Source of the DNA: Octopus sinensis
Lineage: Eukaryota
Assembly (NCBI RefSeq): GCF_006345805.1
Contig: NW_021834322.1
Span: 1 to 64,000, forward strand
DNA length: 64,000 nt
Direction: 5' to 3'
Shown here in pieces: positions 22,785-36,523 of this stretch. Each line of letters opens with the position of its first letter. The first letter of the stretch is position 1. The position numbers and the translations under genes are program-made. Below the pieces are notes generated by a model. It searched no databases. It had not been told where the DNA came from and worked only from the letters and a program-made list of their open reading frames with translations.

Positions 22785-25200
22785 GTTAAAGTGGTGCCTT
22801 CTGGGACAGTAGATGGAATGTGTTTAAGGAAATCCATATTTCTTCACATATAACTTGATATCTTTGGACATAGTTTTTTTTTTTATCAATGTACCATTTC
22901 TGTTAGGCCAGGAAACGGTCAGATAATGGGTAGAAAACCACAAAAACAAGATAAATTAGTGTTTCAAAATGGAAATCATTGTTACAAATCTACACTTAAT
23001 ATCAAAAGAAAACATCTTTAACTTTGATGGAAAAATATACAGCCAGATAAATAGGGTAGCCTTGGATACAAGAGTCACATCTTTCTATGCTGACTTAGTG
23101 AAAGGATTCTTAGATTAACAGTTGATGGACTATATTGAAAAAAATCCATATTTTTTTACATATAGCTTGTTATCTTTGAGGATAGTTTTTATGTCAATAT
23201 ACCATTTATGTTAGGCCAAACAGCAGTCAGCTATTGGGTTGAGAACCAAAGAGGTAAGACAAATATGTTTCAAAACAGAATTCATTGTCACAGTGATAGC
23301 CTTAATATCTTTAACTTCACTGAAAAATACCCAAAAGAAGTGAACCAATAAGAGAGCAACCATGGGTACAAGAGTGGCACCCTTCTACGTAAACCTTTTG
23401 ATGGGATGCTTAGAGTAGATCATATCACAAAGTAGAAACGATTTCTGAGCAAAAGTTTAAAAGACCACCACCATCACCATCTATCATCATCACCATCCAT
23501 CATCACCACCATTAGCATTACCACATCACCATCTATCATCATCACCATCCATCATCACCACCATTAGCATTACCACCATCACCATCTATCATCATCACCA
23601 TCCATCATCACCACCATTAGTGATAATGGTCAGACACAAACAACCTCTATTTCAAGTTCTTACTGGATAAACATTTTCAGTCCGTAATTTCAAAACCTTG
23701 TATAGTTTACATGATAATTAATCATTTATATTTGGCAAATGTTAACTTCCTCATGTGCAAGCATCTTGATGCTTATTCCTATCGAGAAATAATGTATGGG
23801 AAATAAGTGTAAAACTAAAAATGTTATATATAGATGTATAGTTACACCTGATGGTAAGGAATTCTTTTACATTAGTGGGACATCATTAATTTTCAAGAGG
23901 AGACTGGCAAATCATTTGAGTTTATTGAAGGACAAAAGAAGTGAATCAATAAGAGAGCAACCATGGGTACAAGAGTGGCACCCTTCTACGTAAACCTTTT
24001 GATGGGATGCTTAGAGTAGATCATATCACAAAGTAGAAACGATTTCTGAGCAAAACTTCACATCCATTAGCCTTGGATGTGAAAATCCTGTAAAATTCTT
24101 CTACACATAGGTCACATCTATTGGTTCCAGGTCTGTAAATTATCTCCCTTTGAATCATAGTCCTTGTTACTGTCCTTAAAAGACCAGATTAATTTGCTAA
24201 GACACTTTTGAAATCTTTTATTTTTGTCCTTCAATAAACTCAAATGATTTGCCAGTCTCCTCTTGAAAATTAATGATGTCCCACCAATGTAAAAGAATTC
24301 CTTACCTTCAGGTGTAACTATACATCTATACATAACATTTTTAGTTTTTCACTTATTTTCCACAGAACAATTGCAAAGATAGCCTTTTATATTTATCCCA
24401 GATTTAGTTTCAATTTGATCATTGATTGTAGAATTAAATTCATTTCCACCAAGTTCTCTATTACTATATACTCCTTTAGATAACATTATCATTGTTCTAT
24501 TTCTAACTGAACTTTTATTCAATTTGATGTTATTATTTATGTTAAATTGGGTTGTCTCCCTTTCCACAACATTTAATATCTCAACATTCCCTTCTATTTG
24601 AGTTTCTTTATCCTATTTTTTGTTATTATGCTTCGAATTTATTATGCTATTCTGATTGAAATTGCTTTTTTGAAATTTCAGTATTATTTTAATGTTAGGT
24701 GTTGCTATAATTTGTGCAATATTACAACAAAGACAATAACCTAATCTAATCTTATGCCAATTAAAAATTTTGTAAGAGCTGTGGTTTCTTGGAAAATATT
24801 TTCGAATTGCTTTATTTAGCAATTTCGAAATATTGCAGTTGACCTGTTTTGCAAGTGGAACAATTAACCATAAAGTATTTCTCAAGTTAAGATCCTAATT
24901 TTGATGTTTGTACCCGTTTTTTGAAAGAGTATTTATTTTCTGATTTCAATCCATTTTAAAGATAGTGTTAGTTTTATTTTTATTTTTACATCTTTTAACC
25001 GATTTTATATTAAAAGAATTTGAGATTTTGTTAGAGAATACTAAATCCACATTTTCATTAGCAGTACGAGCCAGTCATAGAATCACTAAAGACATATGTA
25101 CCATCGATTTTAAATTACTTTAAATGTCCTTGATTGTAAGATTCATGTATTCATCTGAAGAAAACGGTTTTTTATAATGATATTATGTACTCATTGATCA
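22785..25200. mobile_element. Rearranged Penelope-like element (RT + GIY-YIG endonuclease) on both strands
   Basis: Plus strand: RT motifs LISLDIV..INVP (about 22857) and ATMGTRVAPFYVNLLMGCLE (about 23355 and 23955), and GIY-YIG VIYRCIVTPDGKEFFYISGTSLIFKRRLANH (23796-23938). Minus strand: RT thumb (24613-24885), GIY-YIG (24118-24350) and a terminal NRCDLC motif. Confidence 0.85.
23463..23620. repeat. ~54-bp CAT/CAC-rich tandem repeat, 3 copies
   Basis: caccatcaccatctatcatcatcaccatccatcatcaccaccattagcattac repeated. Confidence 0.8.
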
Positions 25201-25266
25201 ATTAAAAAATTCGTTAGAAATGGCTAAAATGAATTGACACCTGTCCATCAATTGTTACACACACAT

Positions 25267-25366
<100 letters not shown>

Positions 25367-25424
25367 AGAAAGCAGTTCTCACTTTCTTCTTTTTCTTTTT
25401 ACTTTTATTTTGATTTACTTTTCC

Positions 25425-25489
25425 ACTCTGATGAAGTTCTGTGATTCAATTTGGTAACTGAGAATCATGCTAACGGAAACAGCTGTAAG
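25425..25489 (+). ncRNA. Type I hammerhead-like motif beside the Penelope relic (slightly degenerate)
   Basis: act-CTGATGA-A-gtt..gtgattc/gaatcat..aac-G-GAAAC-AGCT-GT-A-agt; same palindromic stem III as 4240-4366. Confidence 0.55.
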
Positions 25490-26816
25490 TTAAGATTCTG
25501 TCTTTTTGTAATTAATTAATAAAATATAATTGATGTAAATCAATTGTTATTCATCAATTGTATCTCCATTTTCTATTTTCCTTGAATACTGATAAACTTT
25601 AGTTTATTCATGTCCTTGCCTATCATTTATGAGCATTAATACCAATGCTTATGATTAAATATAAGTAATACACCAGTGGATTCATTGGATACAAGCATCC
25701 CTTAGACGGTTGTTATAACTACTAACTTAACTCACCTACTTATATGTATTTATATATAGGAGCAAGGAGGAACTGACGAAGGAGCAATAACTCCTAAAAT
25801 ATGTATATACATCCATTACCTATTTTTCTTTTTTCATATATGAAACATTGTAACTTTCAGTGCTCGTTTCCTTTAGTGTTAGTTTCCTTCTACCACACCC
25901 CTTTGCAAAGTTTTAGTCATCTTGGCTCTATAGTGAGCAAGGTACCAATCAGTGAAACTGAAACCAAAACTATTTGTTATTCATCAATTGTATCTCCATT
26001 TTCTATTTTCCTTGAATTCATCTTAGAATTTATTTCTGTATAATAAATTCTAAGATGAAACTAAAAACCAGGTAGACTTTAAGAATAAAAGCTGACATGA
26101 ACTAAAAGACAGAAAATTTGATATATTGCATAACCTGTCTTAACTATAAAGTAAATTACATCAGTCAGACTGTAAATGTCTTATGCGAATGAGTCAGAAT
26201 ACACAAACAGCACATATGACAACCAGAAATAAGGAGAATCTCACAAAATAAACATTTAGAAATTTTAAGGGTATAATAGCAACTTCAAGAAATTTTCTCT
26301 TTGTAAATATACAAGACATGATCCACAATACTGGAGAGAAATGGGAAAATATTTCATGAAGAAATTTTCATCTGAGTCTAGACAAATAAGTGCTCTGCAT
26401 AGAGAGACACATGTAATAATGTTACTTGGCAATAACATTATATACATTCAATCTTGACAAGTCCCAAGGTGGATGAAAGTACTAGGTTCAAATAATAAAC
26501 AGTATTTTAATTTAAGTTATTTTACTTTTGACAGCGATCTTTTATTAATAATATTACTGAACAACATAAGTAATAATCTTTCATTTTTGTTGTTGTTGTT
26601 GTTGTGACAGTAACATTTTATTAATTTGCTAATATATTATTCTGTACACTACCACGGACATCTTATAAACAGACAAACCACACAAGCACACATATACTCA
26701 TTCATAAACGTATGTGTGTGTGTGTGTGCATGTGTGTGTATCATAAGTCAATGTCAAGGTTCACTGCCCTACTACACAGGTCAAAGTATCACATAACCTC
26801 TCACTCCTTCTTTCAT

Positions 26817-26853
<37 letters not shown>

Positions 26854-27184
26854 TCATATATGTATATCTATTTATCTATATGTATATATGTATGTATATG
26901 GTGTGTGTGATAATCACTTTATGTCTGCTAAAGGAGCCATGACGAGAATAATAATGAATTCACCAAGGAATAATAAAATCAGAAATCTATATATTCTTTT
27001 CCTCTCTCTCTCTCTCTCTCTTCCAGTTATGTCTCTCTGTTTCTCTCTCTCTCTCACTCACTGATATATATCTATCTATCCATCACTCACAGTTTTTGTC
27101 TTGCAAAAACATCATGAGCATATATACGCACAAACGCACGTGTGTGCATTCATGTATGTGTGTGTGTGTGTTGTGTGTGTGTGT

Positions 27185-27223
<39 letters not shown>

Positions 27224-28540
27224 CAGGGTGCAGTGAATAAATTATCTGAATTACGCAAAAGTAAAAATAACACTGACATCTCATTTTAACAGATATATTT
27301 ACCAAAATATCTAATTCAATAAAACTGCCATTGCCTTCAACCATGGCCTCCAGACAACTTTGGAATCTCCTACAACTCTTCTGGATGGTCTCTTTCTTTA
27401 AGTTGGTGAATGCTGCCATAATCCTTGCCTTCAGTTCATCTTTGGTGTTATAAGGAGTTTTGTTGGTCTCTCACTCAATTGCATCCCACACATAATAATC
27501 AAGGGGGTTGCAGTCTGGGGAGTTAGGTGGCCAGATGGTAGGGGTGATGTGGTTGCAGAAATTATCTGTCAGCCATGACTGGGTTTTCCTACTTGTATGG
27601 CATGGTACAGAGTCCTGTTGTCAGACATAGGGTCTTCCAGTAGTCACCCTTTTAACCCAGAGCAGCAATACCTCCTCCAGACATTTGATGTAGTTCTTCA
27701 TGTTGAGTCTGAGGCTCTGTGGGAAGATGAATGAGGAATAACTTCACCATCACAAGAGATAGCCCCAAACACCATGATGTTGACTGGATGTTTGATTTTT
27801 ATCACTCTCGGTACATGTTTTGGGGACACAGCAAGCCAACGGTTCTTCTGGGTGTTCACCCTCTGATCCTGTCAGAAACTTTTCTCGTCTGAGAAAAACC
27901 AAAACATGTTCAGTTGGGGGGGGGGATGCTTGAGTTTACTCTTTACTCTCTCTTTTACTTGTTTCAGTCATTTGACTGTGGCCATGCTGGAGCACCGCCT
28001 TTAGTCGAACAACTCGACCCCAGGACTTATTCTTTGTAAGCCCAGTGCTTATTCTATCGGTCTCTTTTGCCGAACCACTAAGTGATGGGGACATAAACAC
28101 ACCAGCATCGGTTGTCAAGCACTGCTAGGGAGACAAACACACACACACAAACATACACACACATATACATACATTTATATTTATACATATATACGACGTT
28201 TGTGCAAAAGTTTTGTAGTACAGCCTTCCTCTTGTCCCTGATGGCTTGGGATAATAATTGGCCCTTTCTCATCTTGTATATGGAATACTGAATGTCTCTA
28301 TGCACTACCTGCTTGAGAAGTAACTCAGACACTTCCATGTCCCTGGCCTGGATCTCACGGACAAATTCAGGAATTCTTTGCTTATCAGAACAATCAGAGT
28401 GAGGTTTTCCAAGCTGCCATACCTTTCTAATCCCCAATACACTCATCTAACTCTTTCTGAATCCTCAGTACTATCCTCAGACTGACACCCAGGTACTCTG
28501 AAATGTTCATATTAGAGCTAAAACTCTGGTCAACTTGGGG
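27224..28540 (-). mobile_element. DD37D (maT/Bmmar1-type) transposon relic, interrupted by a family A SINE half (about 27925-28197)
   Basis: TA|CAGGGTG TIR at 27222-27230. Minus-strand FFSDEK..., QQDSVPCHTSRKTQSWLTDNFCNHITPTIWPPNSPDCNPLDY has 37 residues between D2 and D3. N-terminal part (ARDMEVSELLLKQVVHRDIQYSIYKMRKGQLLSQ) lies at 28200-28446. Confidence 0.9.
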
Positions 28541-28541
28541 A

Positions 28542-28942
28542 TACTCTCTTTTACTCTTTTACTTGTTTCAGTCATTTGACTGCGGCCATGATGGAGCACC
28601 GCCTTTTTAGTCGAGCAACTCGACCCCGGGACTTATTCTTTGTAAGCCCAGTACTTATTCTATCGGTCTCTTTTTGCCGAACCGTTAAGTGACGGGGATG
28701 TAAACACACCAGCATCGGTTGTCAAGCAATGCTAGGGGGACAAACAGACACACAAACACATACACACACATATATATATACATATATACGACAGGCTTCT
28801 TTCAGTTTCCGTCTACCAAATTCACTCACAAGGCATTGGTCGGCCCGGGGCTATAGCAGAAGACACTTGCCCAAAATGCCACGCAGTGGGACTGAACCCG
28901 GAACCATGTGGTTGGTTAGCAAGCTACTTACCACACAGCCAT
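28542..28942 (-). mobile_element. SINE family A, full length
   Basis: Matches the family consensus. Confidence 0.85.
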
Positions 28943-29079
28943 GTAGAATAGAAAACGTTTGCTCTAAGGTAGCTCACAGTGGGACTGAACCTAAGGCCAT
29001 GTGGTTGCATATCTACTGTTTCTAGCAAATCAATCACCCCTGTACAAACAGCTGTTTTACTGATGTTGTTGCTGCTATT

Positions 29080-29650
29080 TCTTTGTTTGTTGAGTGAAGC
29101 AGTCTTCGTCCCAGAGCTCGCAAGATCACGCCTCTGTAATGGGAGAAGTCCGAAACGTGATCCTTTGCTATTCGTAAGACCCGCAGAAGAGAGAGCAGGT
29201 CAACCCCCCGACACCGAGAGCATCGACAGATGGATGAATGCGCATCCAGGCTCAGCGGTTGCGTAGGAAGTCGCGGACAAGAAACAGGAAGAAAGAGTGA
29301 CAGAAAGTTGGAGCGAAAGAGTACAACAGGGGTCCCCACCATCCCCTGCTGGAGCCTCATGGAGCTTTAGGTGTTTTCGCTCAATAAACACACACAGCGC
29401 CCAGTCTGGGAACTGAAACCACAATCCTCCGACCGCGAGTCCACTGCCCTAACCATTGGACCATTGCGCCTCCCCTTGATGTTGGAGCGAAAGAGCACAA
29501 CAGGGGTCGCCACCAACCCCTGCCAGAGCCTCATGGAGTTTTAGGTGTTTTCGCTCAATAAACACACACAACGCCCGGTCTGGGAATCAAAACCGCGATC
29601 TTCCGACCGCGAGACCGCTGCCCTAACCTCTAGGCCATTACGCCTCCACT
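29080..29650 (-). mobile_element. tRNA-derived SINE family E variant: one long copy plus a second 5' part in tandem
   Basis: Head related to 58846-59123; 29478-29650 repeats 29300-29472. Confidence 0.7.
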
Positions 29651-29864
29651 GTTACTGCTGTTGATGTTGTTGTTGTTTGAAGAACTCCATTCTGAGAGAA
29701 GTGAACCATTGCGTTGTAGTTATCCAGTCATAAATCACTTTGGCATTGATCCAAGAATTAGTTGTGAACATCACTCTGCAGCTGCGATGCCAAGCGTGTC
29801 TGCAGTAACATGCAGCAGGCTTTTAGGGCAAACGTGATGAATTTTTTTTAAAAATTGATAAAAT

Positions 29865-30325
29865 AGGCATAGGAGTGGCTGTGTGGTAAGTAGCTTGCTT
29901 ACTAGCCACATGGTTCCTGGTTCATTCCCACTATGTGGCACTTTGGGTGAGTGTCTTCTACTATAGCCTCGGGCCAACCAAAGCCTTGTGAGTGGATTTG
30001 GTAGGCGGAAACTGAAAGAAGCCCATCGTATATATATATATATGTGTGTGTGTGTGTATATTTATATATATGTGTGTGTGTATGTGTGTGTGTGTGTGTG
30101 TATGTTTGTGTGTCTGTGTTTGTTCCCCCCTACTCAACATCGCTTGACAACTGATGGTGGTGTGTTCACGTCCCCCGTAACTTAGCGGATTGGCAAAAAA
30201 GACTGATAGAATAAGTACTGGGCTTACAAAGAATAAGTCCTGGGGGTCGATTGCTCAACTAAAGGCGGTGCTCCAGCATGGCCGCAGTCAAATGACTGAA
30301 ACAAGTAAAAGAGTAAAAGAGTAAA
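29865..30325 (+). mobile_element. SINE family A, full length
   Basis: Matches the family consensus. Confidence 0.85.
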
Positions 30326-30536
30326 ATAAAATATAAAAGCAAAACTTAATAAAAAAAAAATTCTTTGCAATATAGGGTTATCTTTAACTGTACATTCTTT
30401 CAGTTATTGCCCTACTGTGGCCATGCTGGAGTACCACTTTGAATAAATCAACCCCAGCACCATTTTTTTTTTCTCCCTCCTTTTGAAATCTGGTGTTTAT
30501 TCTATTGGTCCTCCTAGGGTCTCCTTTGCCAAACCT

Positions 30537-30995
30537 TTACTTCCCTGGGCATGGACACATTGAAACTCCGATGTCTGGCAGCTGACTTGGCAGACACCCA
30601 TAAAATTATCAACCATCTTACAAACAATAACTCTGAGCACCTTTTCAAACTCCACCTGTCTAACACCCGTGGACATGTTTACAAAGTCAGAAAACAGCAC
30701 AGCTCCCATGACCTTAGGAAACATTTTTTCACGCTGAGATTTGCTGAAGCATGGAACAAACTGCCGGCATCGGTTGTTAGTTGTCGGAGCACTGCATCCT
30801 TCAAAACTTCCATGCTTCCTGAGATTCACCAACACTTCACCTGATTTTCTCCCCTCCATACACACACAAGCATGTACCTGACTCATACGTTGTTCGCTTT
30901 CCAGACATTTGTACATTACTGCATGTGCTTTATACGCACTGTCTGACAAGTTGTGGTGCACCTGAGCACTGTATACAATAATTTCATTATTATTA
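30537..30995 (+). mobile_element. CR1-type LINE 3' end
   Basis: TLKLRCLAADLADTHKII...TRGHVYKVRKQHSSHDLRKHFFTLRFAEAWNKLPASVVSCRSTASFK*, then a 3' UTR ending in (ATT)n. Confidence 0.85.
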
Positions 30996-31777
30996 TTTTT
31001 TTTTTAACCTTTAGTATTTAAACCAGCTATATCTCGCCCAAATATTCTATTTGTTTTATGTTCAAACTGGTCAGATCCAGCCTCTCACACCTACTCTACA
31101 ATGCCATTCTAAAACTATGCAATCACATCATAGAAACTACAAGATAATGCACGTGCGAAAGATAATGCAAGTGTGAATCAAAAGAGCAATATATTTGATA
31201 GAGTAATGCGAATGGCAAAGGGATTAAACTGTGGGGATGTAAACAAACCAGCACCGGTTGTCAAACGATGGCAGTGGGAAAACCAACATGCATGCATAGA
31301 CACACATGCATGCATGTGTAAGACAGGCTTCCATGCAGTTTTCCTCCACTAAATTCAGTCAGAGGGTATTGGTCCGCTTGGGGTTGTAACAGAAGACACT
31401 TTGCCCAGAGAGCCATGAAGCGAGACTGAACCAAGAACCTTTTGGGTTGCAAAAGAGCTTCTTAACCACATAGCCATGCCCCCCCTACACACATTCTTTT
31501 ATGCTTTTTCTTGTTTCAGTCACTTGACTGTGGTCATGATAGAACATCATCTTAAAGGGTTTTTCAGTGAAAGAAATCGACCTCAGGCCTTATTCTTTGT
31601 AAGCCTAATACTTATTCTATTGGTCTCTTTTGCTGGACCACTAAGTTATGGGGACATAAACACACCAGCATCGGTTGTCAAGCAATGGTGGAAGGACAAA
31701 CACAGACACAAACACATACACACATAAATATCTCTGACTTTCTCTCTCTCTCTCTCTCCCTATATATATATATATAT

Positions 31778-32330
31778 CATCATCATCATCATCATCATCA
31801 TCGTTTAACGTCCGCTTTCCATGCTGGCATGGGTTGGACGGTTCAACTGGGGTCTGGGAAGCCTGAAGGCTGCACCAGGCCAGTCAGATCTGGTAGTGTT
31901 TCTACAGCTGGATGCCCTTCTTAACGCCAACCACTCCGTGAGTGTAGTGGGTGCTTTTTACGTGCCACCGACACAGGTGCCAGACGAGGCTGGCAAACGG
32001 CCACGATCGTGTGGTGCTTTTTACGTGCCACCGGCACAGGGGCCAGGCGAGGCTGGCAAACAGCCACGATCGGATGGTGCTTTTTACGTGCCACCGGCAT
32101 GAGGCCAGTCGGGGCAGCGCTGGCAATGGCCAAGTTCGGATGGTTCTCTTACGTGTCACCGGCACTGGTACCACAACTACAAATGGGCTTCTTTCAGTTA
32201 CCACCTAGCAAATCCACTCACAAGGCTTTGGTCAGCTTGAGGCTATAGTAGAAGACACTTGCCCAAGTTGTCACACGGTGGGACAGAACTCAGAACCATG
32301 TGGTTGGGAAGCAAGCTTCTTACCACACAG
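31778..32330 (-). mobile_element. SINE family C, full length, with 3-4 diverged ~65-bp subrepeats
   Basis: gtgctttttacgtgccacc recurs at about 31952, 32015 and 32078; family A-type head at 32185-32330. Confidence 0.8.
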
Positions 32331-32634
32331 GCTTCCACACAGTTTCCATGAATCAAATCCTCTCTGAGTATTGTTAATGTAAACTATGATAGTTTGTCTA
32401 TGTCAGTCCATCTGATACAGGTTAATTATTGTTAATTAACATTAATGCAAAGGCATGGCTGTATCGTTAGCAAGTTTATTTCCTTATAATAATTACTTTT
32501 AATTTAGGCACACTAGGCCAGCAAGTTTGACGCGAACAAGTGAATCAATTTTAATTAATTGATTTTAACAGTTCCAGAATCTGATTGGTTACTGTACATA
32601 ATCTGTTCCAGAAAGATGAAGAGCAAAGTTCTTC

Positions 32635-32800
32635 TCCATCATCATCATCATCATCATCATCACCACCACCACCACCACCACCACCACCACCACTACCATC
32701 ATCATCATCATCATCATCATCACCACCACCACCACCACCACCACCACAACCACCACCACCACCACCACCACCATCACCACCACCACCACCACACCACCAC

Positions 32801-32838
<38 letters not shown>

Positions 32839-32846
32839 CCACTACC

Positions 32847-32929
<83 letters not shown>

Positions 32930-32965
32930 ATCATCCCCATCATCCTCCTCCTCCTCCTCCTCCTT
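32635..32965. repeat. (CAT)n/(CAC)n field
   Basis: Directly visible simple repeats. Confidence 0.9.
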
Positions 32966-33976
32966 TAATGTCCATTATTTTTCATGCTGGCAAACTGGAG
33001 AACTGTACCATCAGGTTCCAGTCTGATTTGACGTGGTTTGCTATGGCTGGATGCCCTTCCTAAAACCAACCACTTTACGGTGTGTGCTGGGTGCTTTTTT
33101 ATGTGGTACCAGAACAAGCACTTCCACGTGACACCAGTACGTGGCACTAACACAGGTCTCTTGCAGGCCAATCCTCTTCACCAAGGAGGAGTAACCTCAA
33201 CAATTCTAATCCAAAGGACGACGGTTCAATCATTGGTTCGGGCAATGTATTGAATTTTTGAGCAATAGCAGTAAAAATGGATGTATCTGGTGCCTTCTCC
33301 TATTACACAAGCATTGAGTGGAGTGGATTAGTTGATAACATCGACCCCAAGATATAACTGATATTTTTTCCATTTTATTGACTCCTTAAAATATAAAACG
33401 TAAAGTCGACCTCAGCAACATTTGAACTCAGAATGTAAAGAGCTGAAAAAAGTATCACAGAACATGAAATTTTGCTAGATGGGGGAATAGTTGAAGACAT
33501 TGACCCTTGGGTGATGACAACCCCAAAAGGGTAAAATGTAAAGTTGACCTCGGCACCATTTGAACTCATAATGTGAAGCCTGGTGACATACTTATTTCTT
33601 TATTGCTCACAAGGGGCTAAACATAGAGGGGACAAACAAGGACAGACAAAGGGATTAAGTTGGTTACATCAACCCCAATGTGTAACTGGTACTTAATTTA
33701 TCAACCCCGAAAGGATGAAAGGCAAAGTCGACCTCGGCAGAATTTGTACTCAGAACATAACGGCAGATGAAATATCTATTTCTTTACTACACACAAGGGC
33801 TAAACATAGAGGGGACAAGCAAGGACAGACAAAAGGATTAAGTTGATTACATTGACCCCAGTGTGTAACTGGTACTTAATTTATCGACCCCAAAAGGATG
33901 AAAGGCAAAGTCAATCTCGGCAGAATTTGAACTCAGAACATGACGGCAGACAAAATACTGCTAAGTCAACAAATAC

Positions 33977-34310
33977 ATCAGAAATGACTTTTCAATTGAC
34001 AACAGTCGATCAAGATCAGGTTATTCAATATCCTGTTGAATTTCTGAACACACTGAAACCAGGGGTATCACCGTATAACTTGACACTAAAACTGGGTGCT
34101 CCTATTATGTTGCTTAGAAATCTAGACCCATCTCACCTGTGATACAGAACTCGCTTAATTGTTACTTTCACAAAGCCCCATGTCCTACAGGCAAGAATCA
34201 TAACAGGTAGTCACAAAGGAGAAAAAGTCTTTATTCACAAAATTCCTCTCACACTTACAAATGTTCGATTTGAATTTAAGATGCTTCAAGTTCCAGTCAA
34301 ACTAAGTTTT
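33977..34310 (+). mobile_element. Helitron PIF1-family helicase fragment
   Basis: YPVEFLNTLKPGVSPYNLTLKLGAPIMLLRNLDPSHL*YRTRLIV...IITGSHKGEKVFIHKIPL...FEFKMLQVPVKLSF. Confidence 0.85.
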
Positions 34311-34959
34311 GTGTGTGTGTATGTTTGTGTGTCTGTGTTTGTCCCCGCAATATCATTTGACAACCAATGGTGGTGTGTTTACATCCCCGTAACTTAGCGG
34401 TTCAGCAAAAGAGACAGATAGAATAAGTACTAGGCTTACAAAGAATAAGTCCTGGGGGTCAATTTGCTTGACTAAAGGCGGTGCTCCAGCCTGGCCACAG
34501 TCAAATGACTAAAAAAAAATAAAAGAGTAAGAGAGAGAGAGAGAGAGACGTATATCATAAAAACAGATGAATGGGTTATCTGGTTCTGTGGTAAATGTTT
34601 CTTTGAAAGTCAGCTGTGACATAAACATGTTACAGTCAGGTATAGAATACTCTCTCTTTTACTCTTTTATTTGTTTCAGTCATTTGACTGTAGCCATGCT
34701 GAAGCATTGCCTTTAGTCGAGCAAATCGACCCCAGGACTTATTCTTTGTAAGCCTAGTACTTATTCTATCGGTCTCTTTTGCCGAACCGCTAAGTTACGA
34801 GGACGTAAACACACCAGCATCGGGGTACAAACACAGACACACAAACATATACACACACATATATATATATATACATATATACGACGGGCTTCTTTCAGTT
34901 TCTGTCTACCAAATTCATTCACAAGGCTTTGGTCGGCCCGAGGCTATAGTTGAATGTGA

Positions 34960-35630
34960 CGTAATGTGGTGTAGTGTGGCACGGTGAAGAATAACGTGAT
35001 GTGATGTGGAGTGGTGTGGCACAGTGAGGAGCAGTGTGGCACAGTGAGGGATAATATGATATGATGCAGAGTAGTGTGACATAGTGAGGAGTAGTATGGC
35101 ACAGTGAGGAAAAATATGGCACGATGAGGAGCAGTGTGACACGATGTGACACAGTGTGGAACAGGGAGAAGCAATGTGGGGAATTGTGACACAGGGTGGA
35201 GCAATGTGGTATAGTGTGGCACGGTGAAGAATAACGTGATGTGATGTGGAGTGGTGTGGCACAGTGAGGAGCAGTGTGACACAGTGAGGGATAATAGGAT
35301 ATGATGCAGAGTAGTGCGACATAATGAGGAGTGACACCATGAGGCACAATGTGAGGAAATGTGCTGTAGTGTGGTACGGTGAGGAATAACGTTATGTGAT
35401 GTGGAGTGGTGTGGCACAGTGAGGGATAATGTGATGTAATGCAGAGTAGTGTGACATAGTGAGGAGTAGTATGGCACAGTGAGGAAAAATATGGCACGAT
35501 GAGGAGCAGTGTGGCACGATGTGACGCAGTGTGGAACATGGGAGAAGCACTGTGGGGAATTGTGACACAGGGTGGAGCAATGTGGCGCGATGTGGAGCAG
35601 TGTGGAGCGAAGTGACACATGGTACAGATG
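34960..35630. repeat. Pentamer-periodic satellite (about 20-bp gtgtggcacagtgaggagca) with a ~240-bp higher-order repeat
   Basis: tagtgtggcacggtgaag at about 34972 and 35212, with a variant at about 35368. Confidence 0.8.
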
Positions 35631-35699
35631 CGTATGTAGCAGCAGGAATAATAACAGAAGCCGCAGCAACAGATGCATGAGATGACAATTGCACTGAAC

Positions 35700-36024
35700 A
35701 TCAAATAGAGAGAAAGTGAGAGCGAGAGAGGGAGAGCAAGAGAAAGAGAGAGCGAGAGAAAGAGAGAGAGAATGAGAGAGAGGGAGAGAGGGAGACAGGG
35801 AGGATATATGAGGCAGAGCGTAAAGGGAGTAAGAAAGAGGGAGAGTGTGTGTGTGTATTTAAACAAGGTGAGGAGAGAAAATGGAAAAATGAGAAAGGCA
35901 GGGAGAGAGAAGAAAAGAGAGAAAGAGGAAGGATGCGGAGAGTGGAGAGCGAAGGAAAGAGAGAGAAAAAGGAAGAAAGAGAGGGTTGGCAACAAAAAGA
36001 GAAGGTAAAGTAACAGAGAGGGAT

Positions 36025-36063
<39 letters not shown>

Positions 36064-36299
36064 AATATACATATATATATATACACACATATATATATAT
36101 AAATATATGTATGTGTATATATATATATATTTATATATATATATGTATATATATATACATAGATATATATATGTATATATATACATATATATATATTGTA
36201 TATATATATATTTATATATATATATATAAATATACATATATATATATATACACACACATATATTATATGTGTGTGTATATATATATAAATATATGTATG

Positions 36300-36353
<54 letters not shown>

Positions 36354-36400
36354 ACACATATATATATATATATGTATATTTATATATATTATATATATAT

Positions 36401-36443
<43 letters not shown>

Positions 36444-36491
36444 GCATATAGACAAATGTATTTTTGGAGAGTGAAAGGGAAACAGGGAGAG

Positions 36492-36523
<32 letters not shown>

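Noticed and set aside
29135-29165. Hammerhead-like gatcacg...ctgtaatg-gga gaag tcc-gaaacgtgatc
   Set aside because: The core does not match CUGANGA, U16.1 is absent and there is no room for stem I. More likely a SINE 3' stem-loop.
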